In this document: one piece after another, positions 49,765-62,138 of the stretch
Numbering within the stretch: position 1 is the stretch's first letter
Layout of the letters: each line of letters starts with the position of its first letter
Assembly: GCF_036588685.1 (NCBI RefSeq)
Contig: NC_086382.1
Location: forward strand, 6,386,001 to 6,450,000
Direction of reading: 5' to 3'
Source: Mytilus trossulus
Taxonomy: Eukaryota
Length of the DNA stretch: 64,000 nucleotides
Position numbers and translations under genes: made by a program
Notes under the pieces: generated by a model
What the model was told of the DNA's origin: nothing
The model's input: only the letters and a program-made list of their open reading frames with translations
Database searches by the model: none

Positions 49765-52700
49765 TTAGAAAATATTTTGGTTTATATGTCAAGGCAGGTC
49801 ATATGTTGTTCTGCTGATTAGCCATACATTGGTCTGATTACTATTAAGTATAGAGATCAAGATTATATTGTGTTTATGTCTTTATTACAGTATTATGAAA
49901 TGAATTAAACATTCTTAGATAACAATTTCATTCATTTGTTGGTTATTTATCATAATAATTTATTTATTTGTCAGTAACTTATAAATGTCAATTATTCTGG
50001 ACCTTGGTCGATTTATGTTGATCAAAGAAATTTTATCAATCAAATGTAAAATTAAAATATTTAAGATTAAATGTCTGATTTGAAAGTCTTAAATTATTTA
50101 CATAATTAATTGAAAACTTGGCCTCGGCCTTTGTTTTACATAACGATAAATTACATGCAAATCGTAGTAAGTCAACGTAATTTATCTAAGGAGTTCTATA
50201 ACCTAACCTACTCAACTTACTGAACTAAGACGGTTCCTTGCAGTGAATGCACTAGCCAATTTGCACGTTCAAATATTCAATATTCCCGCCAAAGTTTAAC
50301 AATGCTGTCTGATATTGTAGACGGCTTTTCATTGAATATTGCATCTTCAAAAATTACAAAAAAATAATATGTAGGTCATTAATCCTGTGTTATTTGTGTT
50401 TTAGCCTATCGATCAATTTGATGGGTTGGTTTTAGTGCAGTGATAGTGTTGGCTTTTTTCAAAACTACCTCTACCCTTTTTTATTGGGAAAATATGCGTC
50501 ATTTTCATCAAATTGAGAAATTTGAAGTAAACCATGAATTTGACTGAAACTTCAACTTACAGACCCATTTTCAAAAGTCAAACCATGCTTTAAAATAAGA
50601 CCTCATTTTGTCAGTGATGATACATAAATAGACCCTCAAATCTGCACATATATATAGTCATTTTAGGCATAAAAATGTAAAAGGATAGTGTTTTTCAATT
50701 TGTATTCATGCACAAATACTACTGAGACTACACTGTTTGGGCAAAAAATTGTCTTTCTGGGAATAATTTCAAGCCATTTTTTTCAAATTGGGATTCTTCT
50801 CCAGGGGAAAAAGACTTTATTCTCCACTTATTAAAGGCAACCAATATCACTGTAGTGGCAAATTATAGTTTTTATGCTTGCTGTATAATTCCATAACTCC
50901 AAAAGCTAAGCGATATGTTTTTTTACACACAATTACCCGTGATTTTGATATATTCTGTGCGTGATGTTTGACCAACTTCCAGTGGCAAATATCCCATGCA
51001 CACCTTGACATATAATACAGATATAGGTCTATTGATATAAATTTTGGTCTGATTATGGATATTGTGTTGTAATATTTTTATGTCATTATTGACATTTTCC
51101 CCCCGAACTCCAATTTCTTCATTTTGGTGGTACCTGTCAAGAAACTAAAAATACACATGCAAAATATTTCCGTTCTGGAGAATTTCTTTTTAAAGTCATA
51201 TTCCGTTGTTTAAGAAAGTATCGGTTTAAATTTTAAAACAAATAACGACATGTTGAATTCGAAATTCGATTTCGGTAAATGAATCTTGCATCATGCTTCA
51301 TGTACAAATTAAGAAAATTTAAAACAATATACTAGAGGGACGAAAGATACCAGAGGGACAGTCAAACTCATATATTGAAAATAAGCTGACAACGCAATGG
51401 CTAAATATAAAAAGACAAACAAATAATAGTACAGAAAACACACCATGGAAAACTACAGACTAAGCAACATTATCAATTTACTGTCATACTAAAGATATTT
51501 TTCGTACAAATTAAGAATCAAATAATTTATCTAGAAACTTTTAAGTTTAAATTAATAGAAATAACTTTCGGCCAGACCATGTTTGTGTTCTTCTCGTTAA
51601 TAAATGTAAATTAATTGTAAATAAACGGAGATGTCGGTCTAAGCATGTTTGTTTTTCCCGTTTGACTGGTTTAATATACACTAGACATTTTTGGGGTTAG
51701 CTCCATAGCTTGCTGTTCGATGTGCCACTTAAAACCACATCTTCTTATAAACAATTAAGACGTTTTATTTTTTCAAATGCAACGATATGTTTGTTTATTC
51801 CTGTTATGGGACTATGATACTTGCCAACGGTTATTTTAATTCTTCTATCAGTTTCTACATTTTAAGTGAATACAGCCCAAATAAATTTAAAATAATGTAA
51901 TCGTTATTTAGGTCAACCATTTTTCTAGATTTTTCTTTTACTTCGAATTCGCAAGGTCAGAGTTATTTACGGTTAGAGTTGTGTCACATTTAGAAGGAAA
52001 AGTCATTTATTAATCCTTCTGCAAATAATATGCAACAAAAAAAATGTAGCCTGCATATAATTAATTATTGTATAACGACAACATATACAACTATATCTAT
52101 CTTTAAGTAATTTATCTGCTGCAGCAATAGAAACCGATATAACAGTTCTTTACATAAATTATCTTTTATTGGAATACCCTTGAACTATTTTTAAATATTT
52201 TCATTTGTTAAAACATATCCATGACCCTTTGAAATAATACAAACTGTGACATTATCAGAAGTCATATTGCGTCCTTAAGAACTACATGTATCAAACATTG
52301 TAATCAGGAACGAATCATGGTTAACATTTTTTGATAGATTCGGAACGAATAAAAAGTCGACATGTTGTAAACAATTGTTGTGAACGTTTGTTGAAGACTG
52401 TATGTGTGTATTTTGGTTGCTGTCCAATTGACATTATGTGACCTTTTATGTATATATACTAGTGCCAGTCGTAATACCTTTTGCCAAAATATGACCTTGA
52501 ATTTTAACATTTTCATATACATTACGAAAAAGGTCACAAGATTATTGTTGAAAGGGTCTATCTCAATAGACATAAAGTAAAGAAAATATCTTCATAAAAG
52601 AATGTTATAGGCTCATAAGTCAGCGCATTTGAAAGATGATGTTACTAATTAATGATCTTATGTCGTTAAAAGCCTCAGAAAAATCTACGATCGAAATTTT

Positions 52701-55700
52701 TCTTTGAACAAGAGATGCTAATTATCATACTGATTTCCTAGACACAGATTTTTTAAACCTGAGGGGGTAAGGCGTCCAAACTTATTATATTTTTTTTTTT
52801 CAAAATCTGTGATAATTCGTGGATAAAATAAACCAAACCTAATGTTTCAATCAAATCATTGCATAGATAAGGGAATTTACCTTCCTAATGTATAACTTGA
52901 TATGCAAAAGATGTTGTCTTGTATTTATAATTTCACTGTACAGTCATATTTGTTTAATTTTTTTAGCATTCAGGTAAGAGTTGTAAAAATATAAGTCTAA
53001 GTCCAATGCTAAACCTTGGTAGACCTCAACAAAGATTTATTGTTAACCGTTGTTGGTCCATCTATGTTTGTGATGCTAGGTTGCTGTCTTGTTGACATTC
53101 ACCTTATATCTCATTAATCCAAACGTCTTTACGTCCTGCCCCAGAGCGTCCTTGTGTCGGGTTGGTAGAGAATGCAGCCAAACTCCAATGGTAAACTCTA
53201 AAGCTATACATTGTATATACCTCAGGGGAAAATTTCCATGGAATGTCAATAAAATTGTTCGAACCATTCTGGGTCCTTGCTTATGTATGAAAGATCTGAT
53301 AATGTCTCATCAAATAGACTACTGCAGAAAATATTTTGTTCAGAGATCCCATTGATGCTGAAACTGCAATTTACATTAACACAATTAACTGAAAGTACTG
53401 GTATGACCACATCACGCAATATATAGTATAGATTTGTATCTTGAATTAACAAGACTAGGCATTGTATTTGTAACGTGTCTTGTGGTATAGTTTCCCTCAT
53501 TGTTGACAGCGCTACGGCGACATACTTGTTAACTTGTTCTTCATTTGGTTTCTGCATGGTGGAGAGTAGTATCAGACGGAATTTCTCATTCTAATATTGC
53601 TAACATCATCTGAGAACTTATTATCAAGCAAATCAAACCTTGTTCGTATTTTCTAACACGTGTTTTGTAATATATTCTTTTGCTCACCTGGAGATATTTA
53701 TAGAACTGTAGATGTATTTTCTTATTTCAGTGTATTGTTGGGTAACTTGGGTTGTTGTTTCACCAGCGTATCTCAATTTTTGCTATGTTTTTAATCATAC
53801 TATGTAAAACATTATATAATTTCTTCAACATTGTATTTTATATGTTGTAGTCAGATGATTATGTCTATCGACTTTAGTTTCAGTTTTCAAAACAGGAAGG
53901 AGTAATCAAATTAAAAAAGGTAGATTTGTTTGATAACCAATGAGACAACTCTCCACAAAGAGAGGAAATGACACAGAAAATAACAACTATAGGTCAAGGT
54001 CAGAGTACAACCTTCAACAATGAGAAAGTCCATGCCGCATAGTCAAATGCGGTCGATATATTCAAGCATGTGTCATTGCAATCATCCTTTCAAATCATAT
54101 GACTAGTTAAATATCGCACGTTAACAACATCTAATAAATTATCAAAAAATTTCGTCAGAATAACATTTTTATTTAAAAAAAACAAAATCAAAAATAAGTT
54201 AATTACATGATGATTCATCTGGTTGTTTTACAAGAGCAGCATAACAAATTTCTCAACAATTTTCGACCAAGCTTATTTGTTTTTCTTTTTTGTGTGTCTG
54301 AAAGAGACTGAGAGTCTGTTTTTGCTATTTTGCAAAACTTGTTTTCCTCTGCTGGTGTTTCACTTGAAGTATATCCGTCTGCTACTTCCCACAGTCCTCC
54401 ATTCTCTGAGACTGCTTCCGGTAACATATCTACACCAGCTATGTCCCAGAATTCCTCACTGGGATAGAACTCAAAATCGTTACCCAAATCCAGCCATTCG
54501 TTATCAATATTCATGGTTGTCGTCGTAAATTCTGAAAATAAAACAATTTAAATTGAATACCCGTATGTTATATATACAATTTCTATTTTGAATAATCTAA
54601 AAATGAAAAAAAGCCATAGCCGTTTCCATTAAAACGGATTTTTTTTCGCCATTTGATGCATACATTATTAAAGTATGACCTTACTGGTTATTTTTTATAA
54701 TTCTTTCAGAAAATATGTCTATAGACGATTCCAGAAATATTCTACTTACTTAACACATGAAATACATGTAGGTACAAATCTATTTGTTGTTACGTTCCTA
54801 TGAGTCGTGGATTGTGGAATATTATCTGTATATTTCCAAATCGTTCGAACTTCGAGTAAATTGGTCATTGTCATGTGTTTAACAGCTATTTGCCAATAAA
54901 ATCGGTATATATCATTTAATCTGCACGGTCTTGGTGGTCCTTTAATACGAACTCCTAGGTCGCTCGGGTAAATTACGTCACCCAAGCCGTGATGATATAT
55001 ACCGACTTGCATTGTCATTAACGGTAACATATTGCTGTAAAAAAAACGTAATGACTGACATAATTCTCCTTATTCTCCTGACTGTGTGAGATTTGTGATA
55101 AAAAAAAAGTTCAAATTCCTCGCCCCCACCCTCCCCCTAAAAACAACAACAAAAAACATAAATCTTCCTAAACGTTATAAGTGTAGTTACCTTGCTGATA
55201 ATATTCCTCTTCGTCTTCAAAACAAAACTCCGTATCACGTGTCTGTCTATGTTTTACTCGTCTGGTCATTGATCCTTTAATCTAGGAGAGAGAAAAAATA
55301 CATTTTAACTCTCCTCGTATACTTCTATTACTACTTAACACATACTTATGACGCGTATATACAAGCACAAATAAAGTGCATACATTATAACCTAATGTCT
55401 GCCTTTAAACAATGGGACAAAAAAGGACAAATAAAGAACACAAAAAACAACCTAAATATCTAAAGTTTTAGCAACATAAACCCCAACAAAATCCAGCGGA
55501 TGCTCTCATGTTTTCCGGAACCCTGCTCAACATGAGGCACCAGCCGTAACAAGTATTCATAGACAGGCTATATATATATGTCATTGCGTGGTACCAGGAC
55601 CTATAGGGTTTTTTGTTGTTGTATTGACTAGTATTGATATATTAATGTTAAAAATCCTATTATTATTAGTTATACTAAATTATATTAAATACGCGTTTAA

Positions 55701-57897
55701 TCTTTTTCAGAAAATATTATTAGTTATACTAGTATACGAGGATTTGGATAGTGGACCTTCAGTTCTGTATTCTTTGTACTCTTATTCTTTTAGCCTTATT
55801 CTTAAGTTTATACATATTGTCTACTAGTATATTCTTTATAACTGATCACCTCATTATTTTCTTCATATTTTGTATATATAAAAAATAAAAGGTGTGGTAT
55901 GATTCCCAATGAGACAACCGTCCACAAGAGACCAAAAATGACACAAAAATTAACAACTATAGGTCATCATACGACCTTCAACAATGAGCAAAGCCCATAC
56001 CACATAGCCAGCTATAAAAGGCCCCGAAATGCACCCTTTTCTGTTGTGTTCACTAACTGATTAAGTACAAATTAGACTTGTGGCATGTAAAACCATCTGT
56101 CCTTTCTTAATTACCTTCATAATTTTGTTGAGTACGTGCCTAGTCCAAGACGATTTCTTTTTGTTTGATTGTTTATCTGAAATTAGAAAATGTTCTTAAA
56201 TACCTATAAAATATAAATATCGCATAAAAAGAAAAAAGAAAAAAACGTTCTCAATTGAAGTGACTGATTTATGTCTCAAACTTCTACTTTTTTATTCTAC
56301 ACGATCTATGAGAAAGTTATCATATTCCTTCGAAATTTGCTGTCTCGTTTAAATGCATTGTAAAGGCTATACTGTTCTATTTTTTTTAATTAAGTTACTC
56401 GTTCCAAAAACTTACTGTCAAATGCAGTAATTATCATTTCTTGACCAGGGTTCTTCGTTTGTGTACATCCAAAACTATCCTTTTTCTGAAAAAGATTAAA
56501 CGAAGACTATCTTTATGTAACAATCTACAGGACACAAGCATTTGTATATCGGATATAATTTGTACATGTAGCTCCAAATTTCAGAACCTATTTTGTTTTT
56601 TGTTATATAATGCCAACAAAATTGTATTCAATTTGCTGAAAATTAAGATCTAGCAGAACTCGTGCGCTCGTCGAAGCTCATATGAGCATAACAAAATGCT
56701 TAGCGACGAGATATTACGAGATCTGTATTTTCGAGTTGCTCTAGATCTGTCTTGTCTTCAATTTATTTTATGGACTGTTAGTGTAAACATATTTTATTAA
56801 TTATATTCAGGTACATACATAGGCATTTACATAATAATACAAGTAAAATAATTAATAGGATCCAGAAACAAGCTTTAGCTTTTATTAATTTGTTTCCTAA
56901 TAAGAACATTTCATATTTTAATACTCAAAGGGTAAAATGTTATAAAAAATAACAATGTTACACTAGATGGAAAGAAGAAAAAAACATATAATAAGGTTTG
57001 TGACACACAAGAAAGAAGAAAAAAATATATACATCGGAATAATAAAATGTATGTTTCTGAACGGACACAATTATAGATATAAGTATTACTTGTTGAACAA
57101 GATGTGTGCTATCATATGACAAATCTTTTGCTACTGAGTATAAATGTTTGAACTGCCAAGAAGATTTCAATGTTTTTGTTCGTAGCTGAAGTCCGTTGAA
57201 CCATAAGGACTGTTGTTTGTCTGTTTATATGCTTTCTTTTTTAAAATGGTATTGTCAGATAATTTTCGACTGATGAGTATCAACGTCCTTTTTGCGAATT
57301 TCGCCTCATTTTAAAATTTTGGTTTTATTGAAGAGATATTACGAATTTCAAAATTCGCAATTACAATATTTATGTGCATTAGGAATCTTTATTTGATTTA
57401 ATCCTATAAGAAATGCGGGGGACTTTTATGAGCCAGCTGAAGCAAGCTCCGGATGCAGGATTTTTTTCTTGCTACATTTAAGACCCATTTGTGGTCTTGG
57501 ACTGTTTTCTCCTCTCTGGTCGGGTTGTTGTCTCTTGAAGAGACATTATTCGTTCCCATTTTCATTTCTATTTTGCATTCCTTCACTTGTTTAAACAGAT
57601 GAAATTTTATTCAAAAATAAGAGTCTTGTTAAAAGTATCCGTGTTCTGCAGATTGCAATCAACTAACCTCAATGTTAATTCCATGTTGGGTTTTGTCGCT
57701 ACAAGCAGCAGACAGAATGATTGAAACATCTATAGAGCCAGATCCAGCCATATCTGTCATGAGAAAAATAATTTAATGTTAAATTTTTTGCTGTGTATAT
57801 AAAAAAAAATTGAAGAAATAGAAATATTCATTTCACAGCAAGTAAGTATAAAAAATAATAAAAAATAATGTTTTTTTTTTCTTCAGATAAACATTTA

Positions 57898-58130
57898 ATA
57901 AAATTAACTGAAATGCTAAAAGGCATCCACATTTTCTGATTAAACGTTCAAACTTAATATGTTTTGCTCTTTGATGAATCTATTATTATCAATAATTCTT
58001 CTTCTTTTTTTCATAAATTTTTTTTTTTATAAAATTCACTGAAATGCTGTAAAGTATCCAAATTTTCTGATTAAACATTCAAACCTTAATATGCTTTGCT
58101 CTTTAATAAATCTTTTTTCATCAATTCTTT
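57898..58130. repeat. Diverged tandem duplication of about 130 bp
   Basis: TAAAATT.ACTGAAATGCT..AAG..ATCCA.ATTTTCTGATTAAAC.TTCAAAC occurs twice. Confidence 0.7.
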
Positions 58131-58395
58131 TTTTATTTTGTAAATAATTGTTAAATTAAACAAAGTTTAACGTACTTACCAAATCTGTATACAAGATGTC
58201 TGTATGATTTTATTTGCAAAATGTTCAAGCTCAAATCTAGTGACTGTCTTGAAGATGGATAACGTCGCGAAGATATCTCCTTGTCAACAGCGGTATATAG
58301 TGACGTACACGACGTCGGTAGTCACATGTTTAAAAACGATAGTCCGTAAACACAACAGCAGTTATAGGCCAAAAAATATAGACGTTGATAAATCT

Positions 58396-58897
58396 TTCAC
58401 TACTATCAAAGAACTTATCATAAATAATTGTAATAAAATATATGAAATTAATTTTTTGGGGAGTGTAAAACATTCTTTGGATGTTTTAGATAAATAACAT
58501 GCTTTGGATGGTCCTTTTGATTCTGTTGACAGTGACTAGTCTACTCTTTACACTACACAACCACAAAATCTTATTAAGAATATTTTTTCCTATTTAATTG
58601 AATTGTCGTTTGGTTAATCTGAATGCAAATACATTTGCAGCAATTCATTTAAAGCCTTCTTCTAATTAATACACTGCCAAAATTTACGTAAAACGAACTT
58701 TCTTCAAATAAATGTAATTTAAACGGTGATAAATGTCCTTTCCTAGATTATGATATTTCGGATTTCACGGGAAACTCGACTCTCAAATTTACGACAAAAG
58801 GGACGATTGTTCATTCCCTACATTTGGTAATTTTTCCTTTTTGGATGGTTATGTTTCTTTGGCACCATCTTCCGGTGTTTATAATCGCGAATTCGTT
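58396..58897 (+). pseudogene. Decayed Penelope-like element reverse transcriptase fragment
   Basis: Broken frames read TIKELIIN..NFLGSVKHSLDVLDK, STLYTT.P..LIK, CPFLD, IYDKRDD, NFPFLDG.V.LAPS.GVY, which match PLE RT motifs (STLYT, YDKRDD, GVY) from recall. Confidence 0.7.
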
Positions 58898-60011
58898 TTA
58901 GGTCCTATATTATTATTGATATTTATTAATGATTTGCATTTGTGTAATCCTAATCATAACCTTGATCTTTTTGCTGATGATAGCACTATTTCTGTAATTG
59001 GAAAAGACAAAAGGTATATACGTCAGACACTCAATGTTGTATTAGAAAATATTTGTCAATGGGTTGATGAAAACAAAATGTTAGTTAATGTGTCAAAAAC
59101 TAAGACAATGTGTATAGGTTCAAAACAAAAACTGTCTGTGATGTGTAATGACACATTAAATGTATCCATTAATGGCCAAAAGATTAATGAAAGTCACTGT
59201 GAAAAAGTCCTAGGTATTTTTGTTGACAAAACTCTTTCTTGGTATGATCAAATTATATAATCAAAAAAGTTAAATTCTTCATTAGCTTTATTAAAACGAA
59301 TCAAGAAATTCTTGAATCACAATGCACGAATTCTATTTTACAATGCGTATATTCTTTCACATTTGGATTACTGTTGTTCAGTATGGGGAAACTGTAACAA
59401 GTTTTTAGTTGACAGTTTACTAAAATTGCAAAAAAGGGCAGCTAGAGTTATTTTAAACGAACACGATATTCGTAAACCATCCATTGAACTATTTAAGGAA
59501 TCTGGAATTATTCCTGTTACTAACAGAATTTCTTACCACAAATCATTATTAATGTATAAATCACAACACCAACTGGCACCAAAATATTTATCCAATCTTA
59601 TTGTGCCTACAAGTAGTAAACAATCGTACAATACTCGACTTTCATCATCGGATAATTTTATTGTCCCTAAATCAAATACAGAATTATACAAATTAAGTTT
59701 TTCTTTTAGTGGTCCAAAAGTGTGGAATTCACGGTCCAGTGAAATTAAAAAAATCAAAAAGTATATCTGCATTTAAAAACTCTTACAAGTCATTTTATTT
59801 TTAAAAGTGTTAAATTTATAAGTTAAGCCACAATGTATACCATAGGTGTTTTTGTTGTTGTTGTTACATTACTTTATATACGTCTATTGTTTACATGTGT
59901 GTAATAGTAGATTAATTATGTTTTATATATATTGTTAACATTGTATGTATATATAGAGAGCCTTATTGAAAATTAGTTTGATCCAAATAAGTTACTTTCT
60001 TTAAATAAAGC

Positions 60012-60083
<72 letters not shown>
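58896..60083 (+). mobile_element. 5'-truncated CR1/L2-clade LINE (RT C-terminal half, 3' UTR, microsatellite tail)
   Basis: LGPILLLIFINDL, FADDST, NVSKTK, EKVLGI, LDYCCSVWG, LQKRAAR, SFSFSGPKVWN; frameshift near 59260; AATAAA then (ATT)n. Confidence 0.9.
60013..60083 (+). repeat. (ATT)n microsatellite (LINE tail)
   Basis: About 23 consecutive TAT/ATT units. Confidence 0.95.
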
Positions 60084-60084
<1 letters not shown>

Positions 60085-61476
60085 ACGCAAAATCGCGAAG
60101 TCGAAAACGCAAAATCGAAAAGAAAAAATATTTCGCCTTTTCGCGTTTTCGACTTCGCGTTTTCAATTTTCGACTTCGCGATTTCGCGTTTTCGACTTCG
60201 CCCTATAGAATATGAAGTGTAAAATTGCCTTAACCGGCCACCATAAGATGTAGACATTTATTGAAAAGGTCTACTAGAGACGCACTGGCTTTTTAGATTA
60301 TTTATATTTTAAATTTGCTATCGGGGTTTATAGAACTTTGTTGAATTGGATTATCTCCCATATAACACTGTGGATGAAATTCTATATCCGTATTTATCTA
60401 GAGTGCATTTCTTTTTAACACAATCGATGCAAACGGCTAAGAGCGTACATGTTTTGATTATTTCTTTCAAACCTACGTTTGAAAAGTTTGCATAAACTTT
60501 GACAAACTATGCAAACGAACCTGATTAAACGAAGTATTTGTTTCTACGTTTGTAAAAGTTTGTTTACCATCAACAGGTGCATGCCTTATTAAAAGTTCAA
60601 ACAGGGTCAGTAAAGACTTATTAAACGATGTATTTGTTTCTACTTTTGTAGCGTTTAGAAAGAAAGAAAAAAACGCGACACAACGCTTACAAAAGAATTA
60701 GAAAGAAATGCGGCCATAGTTACAACCGGTATGACTGCACGTGCTATCCGTGACTATGCTGAACTAATACAAAGAAAATAAACGAGGAGTGTGACTGAAC
60801 TCTCAATGTCGTGGTTGTAGCATACACATATTATTATATGAATTGAGTGTTCCTCATAAAATACCATAAAGATTTAAAAGGACGCATTCAATTTTTAGAT
60901 GCAATCTCCCTTATTCTTATGCTTCAAAACTGTCATATTGACATTCTTCTTGTTCGTGAGTTGTCATCTTTTTCCAAATGATTTATATTTTGAAAGCAAT
61001 CTCTTTTGTCCGCTACAGAATAGCACATTAGTGCTGAAAATGTCTTTAAGCACCAACCAACCAATCAATCAATATTTTAAACTTCTTTTAATAGATCTAT
61101 ACGAAAATAAACAAAATATGGTATGATTGCCAAAGAGACAACTCTCAACAAGAGACGAAATGACACAGAAATTTACAATTATCGGTCATCGTACGGACTT
61201 CAACAATGATCAAAAGTTATACCACATAGTCGGCTATAGAAGGCCCTGAAATGACAGATGTAAAACAATCCAGACGAGGTGACTAACCTTTGGCTCTGTA
61301 CGCATATACATCCCGTCATTGTGTTATTGTGCTATGGTAATTTTTTGTATTATTGTCTATCATTTGTGCTACATGACTTCGTCTATATGACTTTTTGTGT
61401 TTCTTTGTTGCCTATTTGTTTGGTTTTTAGTGATTAAGAATATATGGTATTTTTGACTGCTGTACCCCTACTTTTT

Positions 61477-61626
61477 GGAATTTTAGATCCTTAATGCTTT
61501 TCAACTTCGTACCTGTTTGGCTAAAAATATAAATATTTTGATATGAGCGTCACTGATGAGTCTCTGATGAGATGAAACGCGCGTCTGGCGTACTCAATTA
61601 TAATTCTGGTTCCTTTGATAACTATT
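61477..61626 (+). mobile_element. Truncated family B copy with variant hammerhead (61547-61591)
   Basis: GCGTCA-CTGATGA-GTCTC-TGAT-GAGAT-GAAA-CGCGCG-TC-TGGCGT. Confidence 0.8.
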
Positions 61627-62138
61627 CGACATTTTTACCTATTATGTCTTTTCGGTTTGTTCATGCATTTTTGTCAATATATTGGAATTTAATTTGATTG
61701 TCATGCAAGTGAGAGGTTTAGCTAGCAATGTATAAACTCAGGTTTAATTCACCATTTTCTACACAAGAAAATGCCTGTACCAATTGCCATATTCCTGACT
61801 TAGAACAGACATGTTTGGTGTGTTTGAGCTATTGATTTTGACATTGGATTAGGGACTTTACGTTTTGAATTTTCCTCGGCGTTGTGATTTTAATTTAGAC
61901 TAGGATTATACAGGAAAACTAATATTTTCGTTAGAGAATCTCCGAAAACTATACACCGAAAATTTGTCTAAAGCAAAGCAAATGAACTTGAAGGTTTCAT
62001 AGTCAATATTAAAAATCTTTTCATAAAGCTAACAACAACAAAATTACATAGTCCAACTACATACAGGATGACCATTAACTGGAACACATTAGGGCGATTA
62101 AAAGGCAGGGAATATAGAAATCAGAGTCAACTGTGTGA

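Noticed and set aside
59973-60257. Poly-Ile ORF as a membrane peptide
   Set aside because: Translation of the (ATT)n LINE tail
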